Source: an uncultured Verrucomicrobiae bacterium
GTDB taxonomy: Bacteria; Verrucomicrobiota; Verrucomicrobiia; Chthoniobacterales; Terrimicrobiaceae
NCBI GenBank assembly: GCA_963706955.1
Contig: CAVPOC010000003.1
Coordinates: 32,001-96,000 of the forward strand
Direction of reading: 5' to 3'
DNA: 64,000 bases
Below are positions 21,998 through 32,249 of this stretch, piece after piece (the stretch's first letter is position 1; each line of letters opens with the position of its first letter). The notes below the pieces were generated by a model. The model saw only the letters and a program-made list of their open reading frames with translations. It searched no databases and was not told the origin of the DNA. Position numbers and translations under genes: made by a program.

Positions 21998-23213
21998 TTA
22001 CCAGAAACCAAGCGCCTTGCGGTGGACTTCGCCGCTTTGAACAAAGTCGTGGTCGCGCAGCCAGGATTCAATCTCAGGAAGGTGCATCGCGCCCCATGGC
22101 ACAACCACACGACGGTAATCCTTTAAGGACGATTCGATCTCGGCGACCAGCCGTTGGTTTCGGGAGAAAAGGATGTCATCCATCACCTGTTCTTGCGCCT
22201 CTTCATTGGCGATGGGCGAAGATGGGTCAACCAGAAGTTCGATCACTTCGCGAAGATCGTTGCTCTGGAAGATCGCGATGACAGCCAGGATGAAGGCGAT
22301 GGTTTGCGGATGGAAACTCTCCACGTCAACGTCCGCATGCTTGTAATAGATTCCGGGTCCCTTGGCGCCGCCGGCTGTCCCGCAGTTCCGCACTGGAACC
22401 CTGCTTGCCCAATTCGTCGGCGACGCGATTGGAAAAGACACTATCCGATTGCGAAGTGACATTGAGAAGCTTGGCCAAGCGGCCATAATCCAGAGTTCGC
22501 CCGCCAAGCAAGCGTTTGCGGTCGGTGACGCCTTCCACCAGCACAACGGATGGTTCCGCCGGATCGGGCGGCGGCAACACGCCGGAATAAAACTCTCGTC
22601 GGGCGACGTGCATCATGCCGGCAAGACGAACCTCGCGATCTCCCGATTGAAATTGACGCTCGACCAAGTAAATGCCGTCGGGACGCAGGCGGACGTAACC
22701 TCCCGTCAGCAACTCGATCTGTGTCGAAAATCCGAGGGCGACACTACCCGCCGCAACAAGAAGGAACAACAAGGCGGTCACCGGGCCTGCCACGAGCAAG
22801 TATTTCCACGAAAATGGCTGCGTCCGCGCCGGAGCGAAAGTCGGCAAGGTCCTGCGGGTGCCACTTAGATTCGGGGCAAAGTACCAGACAGCCAACGCGA
22901 GCAGCACCTGCAGCAAGGCGAGGACAAGTGCCAGATGAGCCGGTTTCCAGAGCCCAAATGGATATGCCATGGCCGGGCCCGCCCACCAGGCAAACAAGAT
23001 CGGCGGCACGAGAACCCGCTTGGGGGCCTTGGGCGTCACCCCGATGATCGCCGCCATCGGGAAGCTCATCGCGAGCACTGCAAGCGCGAAAGCGGCTCTG
23101 ACTCCGCTCAAGGGCGAAGAACCAAGGATCAGCGTGGTCGCTTCGTCAACAAAGGAAAATACTCCGTCTGTGAGAAACAATAACCAAAAGAAAGTAACGG
23201 CGCCCCGAAGCAC
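21998..23213 (-). CDS. Membrane protein with C-terminal TraB/GumN-like domain, frameshift near 22350-22380
   Basis: About 5 N-terminal TMs, GMMHV, VLVEGV, RNQRL, VVVPWGAMHL. Joined from ORFs 22326..23213 and 21998..22546. Confidence 0.6.
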
Positions 23214-23286
23214 CTCGACAACGTAGCAGAGCCGGAAAGTCGCTCAACTGCAGTCTTCGCGCTTGCTGAGCTTGGGAAGACAATCT

Positions 23287-24501
23287 CTAGCCCGGCTGCT
23301 GCCGCACTTCCGAGCGAACACCGCGCCCGGCAAGCGGGCAAACGGCCAGTGCCGCGGCCAGCAGGCAGGCTGCCGCGGCCAAGAGCGGCCAGAGCGCATA
23401 GCTCCCGCCGCCCCGGTGAAGTTGCGCACTGAGGAGCAGACCTGCCAGCATCGGTCCAACCCAACGCGCCAGACTGCCACTGGACTGCATCAACCCCAAG
23501 GCGCGTCCTTGCCAATTCGACTCCGCGCTCCGCGAGGCGAGAGACGAGAGAGTTGGCATGAGCAGGCTGTTCCCGATGCCGACGGCCGCGCTGGCGATAA
23601 ACATGATGCCGATGCCGGAGCTAAGCGCGAGGGCGCATAGACCCGCACACATCGAGACCGCGCCAGCAAGTGCGATCGGCGCCTCACCAAATCGCCTGAC
23701 CAGCCGACCGATCAGCCCGCCTTGAATGATCACGCCCAGAATCCCAATCGCGCCGAGAACATAGCCGGTATGCAGCGCATCAAGGCCGAAGCGGTGGAAG
23801 AGCAGGAGCGCAAAAAGGGCTGTCATCATGGAAAAACCGACGATGACGAGGAAATAGCTCGCCAGACTCCATGCATATGTCGACCTCTCCACGTGATCGA
23901 AGAGATTTGGAAAGATGGGCTCACTTCGGGCGCGCTGTGGATCGGGCAGACGAGACTCAGGCAGACAGAACATCACGAAAAAGAAATTCACCAGAGAAAG
24001 TGCGGCCGCGATAAACATCGGCGCCGCGTAGTTAAATGCTACACTCGCCCAGCCTCCGAGCGCTGGCCCAAAGACGAATCCAAGCCCAAAGGCGGCACCG
24101 AGAAGCCCCATCGCTCGGGCGCGGTTTTCTGGCGCCGAGATGTCGGCAAGATAAGCCTGCGCCGCGCCGATGTTGGCTCCGCAAATTCCGTCTATCAAAC
24201 GCGCGACGAAGAGCATCGTCACCGAGGTCGCCAGACCCATCAGCACGTAGCCGATAACTGTCCCGAACAATCCCAGGAGCAAGACCGGCTTGCGGCCCAG
24301 CCGATCGGACACCTTCCCCCAAATGGGTGCGAAAAAGAATTGCGCGAGTGAAAAAATGCCGACCAGCCAGCCGATCTGCACGGCGGTCGCTCCGAAATGC
24401 TCCGCATAGAGCGGCAGGACGGGAATCACGATGCCAAAACCGAGAATATCTATAAAGCAGGTTAGAAAAATCGTCAGATATTGAAGCGGGCGGCGGGCCA
24501 T
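23287..24501 (-). CDS. MFS transporter (TetA/DHA1-like)
   Basis: DILGFGIVIPVLP, motif A GKVSDRLGRKP, GFVFGPALGG, about 12 TMs. Confidence 0.92.
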   Translation of the reverse strand: MARRPLQYLTIFLTCFIDILGFGIVIPVLPLYAEHFGATAVQIGWLVGIFSLAQFFFAPIWGKVSDRLGRKPVLLLGLFGTVIGYVLMGLATSVTMLFVARLIDGICGANIGAAQAYLADISAPENRARAMGLLGAAFGLGFVFGPALGGWASVAFNYAAPMFIAAALSLVNFFFVMFCLPESRLPDPQRARSEPIFPNLFDHVERSTYAWSLASYFLVIVGFSMMTALFALLLFHRFGLDALHTGYVLGAIGILGVIIQGGLIGRLVRRFGEAPIALAGAVSMCAGLCALALSSGIGIMFIASAAVGIGNSLLMPTLSSLASRSAESNWQGRALGLMQSSGSLARWVGPMLAGLLLSAQLHRGGGSYALWPLLAAAACLLAAALAVCPLAGRGVRSEVRQQPG

Positions 24502-24705
24502 GGATCGGGAGCAGAATCAACAGAGATCCCCATCAAAAGCAAGGGCTCGCGGGCGTCGGTGAAGTCCGCGACGAGTCGGTGCGCGGCTCACTTGCAAACC
24601 CTTGCTCGAATCAGCGCATTCACCGAAAAACCTTTTCCGATCCAAACGGTAAAAGTCCCAAGCTTGCACGATCAGCCGATCGGCTGATACTTGACGGGAC
24701 GCTTT

Positions 24706-26635
24706 ATGGCGCCCTCTCATCCAAAACCCTCTCGATGGTTTGCCACCCTGCTGTGGGGGAACTCCATCGCGCTTTCCTGGATGTGGGGCCTGGGCCTGTT
24801 CTTTTCGGTCCAATTTACGACGCAATTTGGGCTCTTCGGGCTTCTGACTTTCGCCATTCCCAATGCCCTTGGTCTGCTCGCTTTCGGTTTGGTCACGCAC
24901 CACATCGCCCGACGCGAGGCGGGATCGGAGTCTCTCGCCCGATTTTTCAAGACCTGGTCCCGGCCGTTTCGTCTCGTCTTTTTTCTTTACCAGCTCCTGG
25001 CGATTACGCTGACTATCTTCGCCTTTATCAGATATGTCTGGCAGCCGCTCGGTTTTCAACCGTGGGCGCTCTACCTGCCCTTGACCTTGCTGATCGTGCT
25101 GGCCGCATCCGTGTTGCTTGGCGAGGAGTTCGATATCACCCGCATCCGCTATAGCCACGGAGTCATGGCGGTGATCCTGTTGGTGGCAGTCTGCTGGTTG
25201 CTGGTGACAGCGATTTCGGTTGGTCCGGGTCGAGGTGAGCATTCCCAAGGCTCCCCACCAATGATCTGGCCTATTGGGGCTACGCGATTCCGATCTGCAT
25301 CGGCTTTCTCGTGGGTCCCTGGCTCGACTTACAGCAGTGGCAACGCGCCATCCAGATGCACCGCGAGCGAATTTCCATAGCAGCCGCGTATTGGGCCGGT
25401 TCCACCCAATTTTTTGTCATGCTGCTCTTTCACGGGTGCCTGGCTTTGTGGGCGCTTAATTGGGGTGCCGGCTCTTATCTCCGAACCGGAATTGCCAACT
25501 ACGTCTACGGCCATGAATTGCTCTTGCGGCTCTTTTATGAGCGGTTTTCTGCGTGGACTTTCGCCGCGTATGTCGTCTGGCTGGTCATCTGCATCTTATC
25601 CACCCTCGATAGCGGCTACATCGCCTTGCGTTGGTTTCTGCAGGCGAACGCCTCCGCCAGCAAAAGCCCGATTTTTTCACTGATTCCGGAAAGCGTGATC
25701 GCGTCGCCGATTCCGGTATTTATTTTCGCCGGTCTGTTCGCGTTATTCGCCTCGGTCGTCAAACTTGAGCTCGAGTATTTCATGATCTTTTATGCGACGT
25801 TTTTCGTCGGCTACTCGGCTCTCGCCATTACCCGATGTTACATGAACACGCCTGCCAATGTCATTCCGCAGGTCAAGATGTTCTGCATCGGCTGCTTGGC
25901 GGTCGTGATTTTCGCCTATGGATATTTCCTGCGCCTTCCAATCCTGCAGATTTTGGGTTCGCTGCTGCCGCTGGCTCTTGTTATTTGGTTGATCTTCAAA
26001 CCGGGATCTTCTCAAGAATTCATCGGCGACTCACGCGCCTTGAGTCCGGTCTCGGAAATTCCCATGCCGCCCGAGGAGGAAGGGGCCTCGGAGTCGATTG
26101 CCGCCACGCGCAAGGAGGCGATTCGGCAACGCGCGGAAGCTCGCGCCAAAGAACTCGGCGTCACCGCCGCTCCATCTTCTGAACAGGAGGCAGCGTCCGC
26201 ACCCGAGGACACGATCTTTCCGGGCACTTCGAAGGCAAATGGTTCGTGCATTCCTTTATCGCCACCTATGCCGATACAAATTCGGTAGGCAACGTTTACT
26301 TCGGAATGTACACCATGTGGGTTGGCAAAACGCGCGAGCTCTTTTTCAACAAGGTGCTGCCGAGGTTTAATATTAAAGAGACGCCCTTTTATATTTTAAC
26401 TCGTTCCTTCGAGCACAAGTTTGTCCGAGAGACTCGTGAATTCGAGAAAGTTACTGTCCGACTTCGCATTTCGGACTGGAACCGGAAGTTTGTCACCCTT
26501 GAACATGAGGTCAAAGACTCCTCGGAACAGCTCCTGGGAAGAGGCAAGCAGACGCTTCTCTTTGTCTCTTCTTCGGACTACAGCATGATCGATCTTCCCG
26601 CTGATATTGCCGCGGCCTTCGTCAACTACGCTTGA
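24706..26635 (+). CDS. Polytopic membrane protein apparently fused to a C-terminal hotdog-fold acyl-CoA thioesterase, two apparent frameshifts (about 25250 and 26220)
   Basis: Overlapping ORFs 24691..25380, 25311..26288 and 26246..26635. SWMWGLG solute:sodium-symporter-like start. Thioesterase motif YADTNSVGNVYF, with the frame open upstream as GHFEGKWFVH. Confidence 0.65.
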
Positions 26636-26637
26636 CG

Positions 26638-28154
26638 ATGCGTTGGTTTGTCTTGTGCATCGTTGTCATCCTAAGCGCGTGCGAGCCGCCCAAGTATAAG
26701 CCGCCGCCAACGCCCACTCCCGAGGCCATCCCACGCCAACACCCACCCCGACGATTGCTCGGAAACCGCTGGATGTTTCACAGCTCTTTAACGGGATAAC
26801 CGTCTTTACCAAATTTGAGACGCCTCAAAGCGACGAGCCAGCTTCTTTCGAGCGCAATGAGGCGGATAGTTACAAGCTGCAAATCACCTTCACCGCCGAG
26901 CTGCCACACCCCAGCCGCACCTTGGAAGAACTTGTCCAAAATGACCCCAAGCTTCCTGACGTCTTGCCCAAGATGCGGCAACTGGCGGAAACGGCTCAGG
27001 TATCGAGTTATTTTGACAAGCTCTACAAGAATAAGATCGACTTCGTCCGCGATCGCCTCAATCGCCTTGATCTGATTCTTTCCCGTCATAACTTCTACGA
27101 CTGCGAAACGATTCTCGAACTGCAGGATCCGGAGAGTGGCCGCAAAGCGTTGCTCATGCAGGGCGATATGGATCTGAATACTGACGGCTCAGATGGCGAC
27201 CGGAACTTTCCGATCGATGGCTCATCGCCTACCTTTCAGCCGCAAACCAGCTATCGTTGGCCCAAGCTCACAAATCGTCCCAATCCCCTCCTGCGTGCTT
27301 ATGAAGAGAAACTCGCCACGCTCAAACAAGAATTTACCCTCAAGAGCCTCGCCATGGAGCGAAATCGGGAGCTGAAGCGGTCTATTGATGAAACCAGCCG
27401 TGTCATTAACGAGCTCAAGACCAGCAGTTTCCTGATCTCGGATGCCGACCCTTCGATTGTCGTTCCCTCCTTCATGCTCTCGAACGATGATAACACCTTC
27501 TCCCCTTCGATCGGCGACTATGCGGCGGTGATTTACGATGGCAAAATCTATCCGGCAATCGTGGGAGATGCCGGGCCCTCCAGCAAGATGGGCGAAGCTT
27601 CCGGACGCATTTGCAAAGAAATCAATCCACGGACCTCAGGTTTTAACCGGGCGGTCAGCAACATCAAAGTCAGCTATCTCATCTTTCCCGGAACCGCGGA
27701 GACTCCGGGACCGCCAGACCTGGCTCGATGGCACCAAAAGTGCAAGGAGCTTCTCGACGAAATGGGAGGTGTGCGCTACGGAACTGCATGTCTGGAAGGA
27801 TGTCGTTTCTCCCTGGCCAACTCCGACGCCCAGCCCGACCGCCTCACCGACGCCCTAGCCCGACGGTAGCCCAACCCTCCCGCCGCCGGGAGCTGCATCT
27901 CCGAGTCCAACAGGCTCGCCAACGCCGGGAGCTGCATCTCCCAGCCCAACAGTCTCGCCGAGATCGGAAGCTGCATCTGCCAGTCCGACAGTCACTCCAT
28001 CTTCCGGCACTGCATCCCCTAGCCCGTGCCTTCGGTATCAACCGTGGAGTCCCTCTACGACCCTACTGTACCGGCGGCTTCTCCCGGCACGAGTCCGGGA
28101 CGACCGGCTTCTCCCACACCATCCCCGCGCTCCACGAATCGGCCGCGTCCCTGA
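26638..28154 (+). CDS. Lipoprotein with glycoside hydrolase family 75 (chitosanase-like) domain and Pro/Ser/Thr-rich tail, several apparent frameshifts
   Basis: Lipobox MRWFVLCIVVILSA-C. DMDLNTDGS, IGDYAAVIYDGKIYPAIVGDAGPSSKMGEAS. The tail ends RSTNRPRP*, overlapping the next ATG (TGATG). Confidence 0.7.
27885..28026 (+). repeat. About 3.5 degenerate 39-bp tandem repeats encoding PGAASPSPTxSPx
   Basis: CCGGGAGCTGCATCTCC occurs twice 39 bp apart, followed by GGAAGCTGCATCTGCC and GGCACTGCATCCCC. Confidence 0.8.
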
Positions 28155-29164
28155 TGAACCCGACGATTGCGGAGACTCTTCGCCAGCTCCTCTGCGCGCT
28201 GGGCACTTCGATCCGAAACCGGGTCGCCGAGGGACGCGAGTCGATGCCGACGGAAAGCCTTGCGGCGGTGGCTAACCAGTCGATAGCCGACACGATCTAT
28301 ACCATCGACAAGTTCGGAGAAGAAGCCATCGGAGAGTGGTTTGGCCTGCATTGGCCGTCCTCCGAGCCGGTCGAAGTAGTCATGGAAGGTCCGCAAGAAA
28401 CGCAATGCTTTCCGCGAGGAACTCGCGTCGCCGACACAAAGTGGAAATGTCTGCTCGATCCGATCGATGGCACACGCGGGATCATGTATGATAAGCGGAG
28501 CGCATGGGCGCTCAGCGGGATCGCGCCGCAGCGCGGATCCGCAACCAGGCTCTCCGACATCTTCGTCGCGGCAATGACGGAGATTCCGACAAGCAAACAG
28601 TGGCGTGCCGACCAGGTGAGCTGCACGCGGGGCGGGGGGATTGTTGCCGAGGCGACCAACGTTCTCGATGGCTCGAAGTTTCCCTTGTCGCTCTCCCCCT
28701 CGGGCGCGAGCACTTTTCGACATGGATTTGCCTGGATGGCCAAGTTTTTCCCGGAGGGTCGGGCGCTCACAGCGCAAATCGAGGAGCAACTCTGGGACGA
28801 GCTTATCGGTCTGGGTCGTGATGCTTCGCCCACGATCTTTGACGACCAATATATTTGCAGCGGGGGCTCCTTCTACGAACTGCTGGCCGGCCACGATCGA
28901 ATGATCGGAGATCTGCGGCCACTGGTCTTACCCCGCCTCAATCTCGATGCGTCATTGGTTTGCCACCCCTACGATGTCTGCACAGCGCTCCTCCTATCCG
29001 AGGCAGGAGTTGTCTATGAGCACCCCTTTGGAGGTTTTCCGGACGCCCCGCTCGACACCACCAGTGCGGTCGCCTGGGTCGGCTATGCCAACACCACTCT
29101 CGCTGCGCTGGCGCGTCCCGTGCTCCAGCGGATACTCAAAGAGATGCTTTCAACACCCAAGTAA
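28154..29164 (+). CDS. Inositol monophosphatase / FBPase superfamily protein
   Basis: DTIYTID, VVMEG, LLDPIDGTRG, CHPYDVC. Start at MNPTIAE. Confidence 0.85.
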   Translation: MNPTIAETLRQLLCALGTSIRNRVAEGRESMPTESLAAVANQSIADTIYTIDKFGEEAIGEWFGLHWPSSEPVEVVMEGPQETQCFPRGTRVADTKWKCLLDPIDGTRGIMYDKRSAWALSGIAPQRGSATRLSDIFVAAMTEIPTSKQWRADQVSCTRGGGIVAEATNVLDGSKFPLSLSPSGASTFRHGFAWMAKFFPEGRALTAQIEEQLWDELIGLGRDASPTIFDDQYICSGGSFYELLAGHDRMIGDLRPLVLPRLNLDASLVCHPYDVCTALLLSEAGVVYEHPFGGFPDAPLDTTSAVAWVGYANTTLAALARPVLQRILKEMLSTPK

Positions 29165-29170
29165 GTCCAC

Positions 29171-29807
29171 GTGACCCGCGAACGGCTTCTGGCAATTCTT
29201 GGAACAACGATCCTGCGGGTGCTGCTCGCGACGGTGCGTTTTCGATTTGAAGACCCGTCCGAGCTCTCGAAGAACAGAATCGAAAAGCCGGTCATCATTT
29301 GCTTTTGGCACAACCGTATCCTCGGAATCACACTCGCCTTCCTCAGAGGGCTATCCGCACCGCCTCCGCAAGGGAGTCAACGTGCTTACCAGCGCAAGCC
29401 GCGATGGCGAAATCCTCGCCCAGATCATGGGACAGCTCGGCATGGCGGCCGTTCGCGGATCCAGTTCCCGCCGCGGATCGCGTGCCATGCGAGAGCTCAT
29501 CGATCTGATCGAGAATGGTTACGATGTTGCCATCACACCGGACGGCCCGCGCGGGCCACGCTATTCATTTGGTCCCGGCGCAATTTCCCTGGCGCAGTTG
29601 ACCGGGTGTCCCCTCACACTGATGCACGCGAAATTTTCGCGTCCCTTTCGGATGAAAACGTGGGATGGTTTCATCATCCCGTTGCCTTTTTCCGAGATTT
29701 TCGTGAAGGTGGATCCGCCCATCTACGTGCCACGCAAATTGGAAGAGGAAGAATTCGAAAGCACGCGAGCGCGGATGGAGGTTCTTTTGCGAAATGAAGC
29801 GGATTGA
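29171..29807 (+). CDS. Lysophospholipid acyltransferase-family protein (DUF374), frameshift near 29348
   Basis: [45 protein letters not shown]. Confidence 0.85.
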
Positions 29808-30705
29808 TGGAACGGCGATTGCGCAAAAAGTTCATGAGGAAACGAGGGAGCGCGTCGAGCTTCTCAAAGGGCAAGGTTTACGTCCCGGTTTGGCGGTTGT
29901 CCTCGTCGGCGACGATTCGGCTTCACGCACCTATGTGCGAGCGAAGGACAAGAAGGCCGCGGAACTGGGCTTGTACTCGGTAAAGTACGAACTTCCTGTC
30001 GACACTCACCCGGCCCGGATTCTCTCGCTCGTCCGGGACCTCAACGACGACCCGCTCATTCACGGCATCCTGGTGCAGTCGCCGCTTCCGAAACACATAG
30101 ACGAGCCGGCCGTGGTCGCCACCATAGATCCCGCGAAGGATGTGGACGGTTTTCACCCGATCAACGTGGCCAAGCTCGCGATGGATGACCCAACCGGATT
30201 TGTTCCGTGCACGCCGCGCGGCTGCATGCGCCTTCTGCAGGAAAGTGGCGTGGAAACCGCGGGGGCCAATGCGGTCGTGGTGGGTCGTAGCATGATCGTG
30301 GGAAAACCGATGGCCCTCCTCCTTATGCGTCGCGGAAAGGCCGGCGATGCCACCGTGACTGTCGCCCATTCCCGCTCGCGCGACCTGGCCGCGATCACGC
30401 GCGCCGCCGACATCGTGATAGCGGCCATCGGCCGGGCGCATTTCCTCGGCGCTGATCATATTGGCGACAATGCGGTCGTCATCGACGTGGGAATCAACCG
30501 GATGGAAGATCCGGGTTCCTCCAGAGGTTATCGTATTGTCGGCGACGTCGATTACGCGGCTGTGGCGGAGCGATGCGCCGCGATCACCCCGGTGCCAGGA
30601 GGAGTGGGCCCGATGACCATCGCGATGCTGCTCTCCAATACGACGATCGCCTGTGAACGCTTCGCTGGCCGAGTCGGTGAAGTGACGCCAGAGCTCCGAA
30701 CTTAG
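29794..30705 (+). CDS. folD: Bifunctional methylene-THF dehydrogenase/cyclohydrolase
   Basis: [43 protein letters not shown]. Confidence 0.97.
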   Translation: MKRIDGTAIAQKVHEETRERVELLKGQGLRPGLAVVLVGDDSASRTYVRAKDKKAAELGLYSVKYELPVDTHPARILSLVRDLNDDPLIHGILVQSPLPKHIDEPAVVATIDPAKDVDGFHPINVAKLAMDDPTGFVPCTPRGCMRLLQESGVETAGANAVVVGRSMIVGKPMALLLMRRGKAGDATVTVAHSRSRDLAAITRAADIVIAAIGRAHFLGADHIGDNAVVIDVGINRMEDPGSSRGYRIVGDVDYAAVAERCAAITPVPGGVGPMTIAMLLSNTTIACERFAGRVGEVTPELRT

Positions 30706-30894
30706 GATCAAGCTGGCGACTAGGCTTAGTTAGTTGCCGGGCCCGCTTCACCAGATTTGGCCACCACGAGGCCGCTGTGGGACCGTTCAGGATCAATCGG
30801 CGAATGCTGGTCACTAAGCTCTTTGGAAGCTGCAATGACATTCCTACTTTGTGGTTGAGGCGTCCAGCCGACGCCGAACACCTATCGGAAACTT

Positions 30895-31062
30895 ATGAAA
30901 ACCTCGGAACTAATCGTTCTCACAGATTACGAAATGGAAAGCATTCAAGGCGGTTTAACAGCCGCGCGCGCCCCAACGCGACGTCCCCTCTTTCGACTGA
31001 TCCTTCTTCTTCTAAGCGCCATCCTTGGGCGTTCGGTTCCTACCCCGGCACCAGAACTCTAA
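30895..31062 (+). CDS. 55-aa peptide with double-glycine (bacteriocin-type) leader
   Basis: Manual translation MKTSELIVLTDYEMESIQGG|LTAARAPTRRPLFRLILLLLSAILGRSVPTPAPEL*. Shorter than any ORF in the supplied track. Confidence 0.7.
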   Translation: MKTSELIVLTDYEMESIQGGLTAARAPTRRPLFRLILLLLSAILGRSVPTPAPEL

Positions 31063-31250
31063 GACATCGGATCGAGTTACTCGTCGCCAGCGGATGGCGA
31101 CGCGTCGGATCTCCCGGGGTCACTACCGCCGCCGGAGCATCATTCCTGTGCCGCCCGATCGTTGACGCGGCGGGGCTGGCCATTCGCGAGCCCTGGAGCT
31201 TTCCAGAGGTCGGGCGTTGATTTCCCGATCGACTGGGATAAGGTCGATCG

Positions 31251-32216
31251 GTGCAATACCGTCAACTCGGTAAGTCCGACCTTCAGGCTTCGGTCGTCGG
31301 CTTCGGTACGATGTCGTGGCCCGGGTGCAATTATGGGGACACTGATTATGTGGCGTCGCAGGAGGATCTCGCGATGGCGCGCGCGATGGTCAAGACGTCA
31401 CTGGACTCCGGGATCAATCTTTTCGACACGGCGGAAGGCTATGGTCTGGGGCTGGCAGAAGAGGTTTTGGGAAGCGCCCTTCAGGAACTCGGATGTCGAG
31501 AGAAGGCGATTATTGTCACGAAGGTGGGACCGCTCTTCGGCTCTGAACGCATCGACGGTCGCGCCTGCAATCTCAGCGCCAAGCACATCCTGGAGCGCTG
31601 CGACTTGAGTTTGAAGCGCCTGCAAACAGACTACATCGACCTCTATCTTGCCCATTGGCCAGACCCGCTGACGCCGATTCAGGAAACGATGGAGGCGGTC
31701 AACAAGCTGCACGCCGCAGGGAAGATCCGATGGTTTGGGGTGAGCAACTTCTCCAGCGATCTATTGAGAGACGCGCTCGACCATGGCCAGGTGGTCGCAA
31801 ACGAACTCCCTTACAGCCTCGCAGACCGGAGCATCGATGCGGATAGGCGCCCGTTCTGTCTCCAGGAGCTTGTTGGTATCATTGCCTACTCCCCGCTTGG
31901 CAAAGGGGTCTTGAGCGGAAAATACGACGCTCAGCGGCTCCCGCCCGCGGAGGACTATCGGCACCAGAAAAAATATTTCGCAAAGGAGAACCTGCCGCGA
32001 TTTCTGGCGCTCGCCCAGCATTTGCGTGAACTGGCTCCGCAATTCTCCTGCACTGCGGCGCAAGTGGCTATCGCCTGGGTGATCGCAAAACCCGGAATAA
32101 CCGTGGTCCTTCCGGGCGCCAAGTCACCCGATCAGATCCGCGCCAATGCCGGAGCAAGCGATATCTCGTTGCCACCAGAGGTTATCGAAAAGCTAGACGA
32201 ACTGTCCCAAATCTAG
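31251..32216 (+). CDS. Aldo/keto reductase
   Basis: GFGTM, FDTAEGYG, SLKRLQTDYIDLYLAHWPD, GKIRWFGVSNF, AYSPLGKG. Confidence 0.95.
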   Translation: MQYRQLGKSDLQASVVGFGTMSWPGCNYGDTDYVASQEDLAMARAMVKTSLDSGINLFDTAEGYGLGLAEEVLGSALQELGCREKAIIVTKVGPLFGSERIDGRACNLSAKHILERCDLSLKRLQTDYIDLYLAHWPDPLTPIQETMEAVNKLHAAGKIRWFGVSNFSSDLLRDALDHGQVVANELPYSLADRSIDADRRPFCLQELVGIIAYSPLGKGVLSGKYDAQRLPPAEDYRHQKKYFAKENLPRFLALAQHLRELAPQFSCTAAQVAIAWVIAKPGITVVLPGAKSPDQIRANAGASDISLPPEVIEKLDELSQI

Positions 32217-32236
32217 CGGCGATCTCCCCGCCGCCG
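32213..32236. repeat. REP-like palindrome (family B), single degenerate copy
   Basis: CTAG-CGGCG-ATCTCCCCGC-CGCCG, similar to the units at 53682 and 57114. Confidence 0.4.
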
Positions 32237-32249
32237 AGTCCATCGGCCG

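Noticed and set aside
23287..24501. Bona fide tetracycline resistance gene
   Set aside because: Only family-level TetA/DHA1 motifs are present, with no tetR or mobile context, so the substrate cannot be inferred.
27885..28026. CRISPR-like repeats
   Set aside because: The 39-bp period is a multiple of three, the copies are degenerate and coding, there are no unique spacers, and no cas genes are present.
27728..28153. Arg-rich repetitive N-terminal extension on the IMPase ORF
   Set aside because: It is the off-frame reading of the upstream gene's Pro/Ser/Thr tail. The real start is the TGATG-coupled ATG at 28154.
30777..31220. 147-aa ORF from the track in the folD-AKR gap
   Set aside because: It has no motifs, and the nested 55-aa ORF in another frame has a recognisable leader and is the better call.
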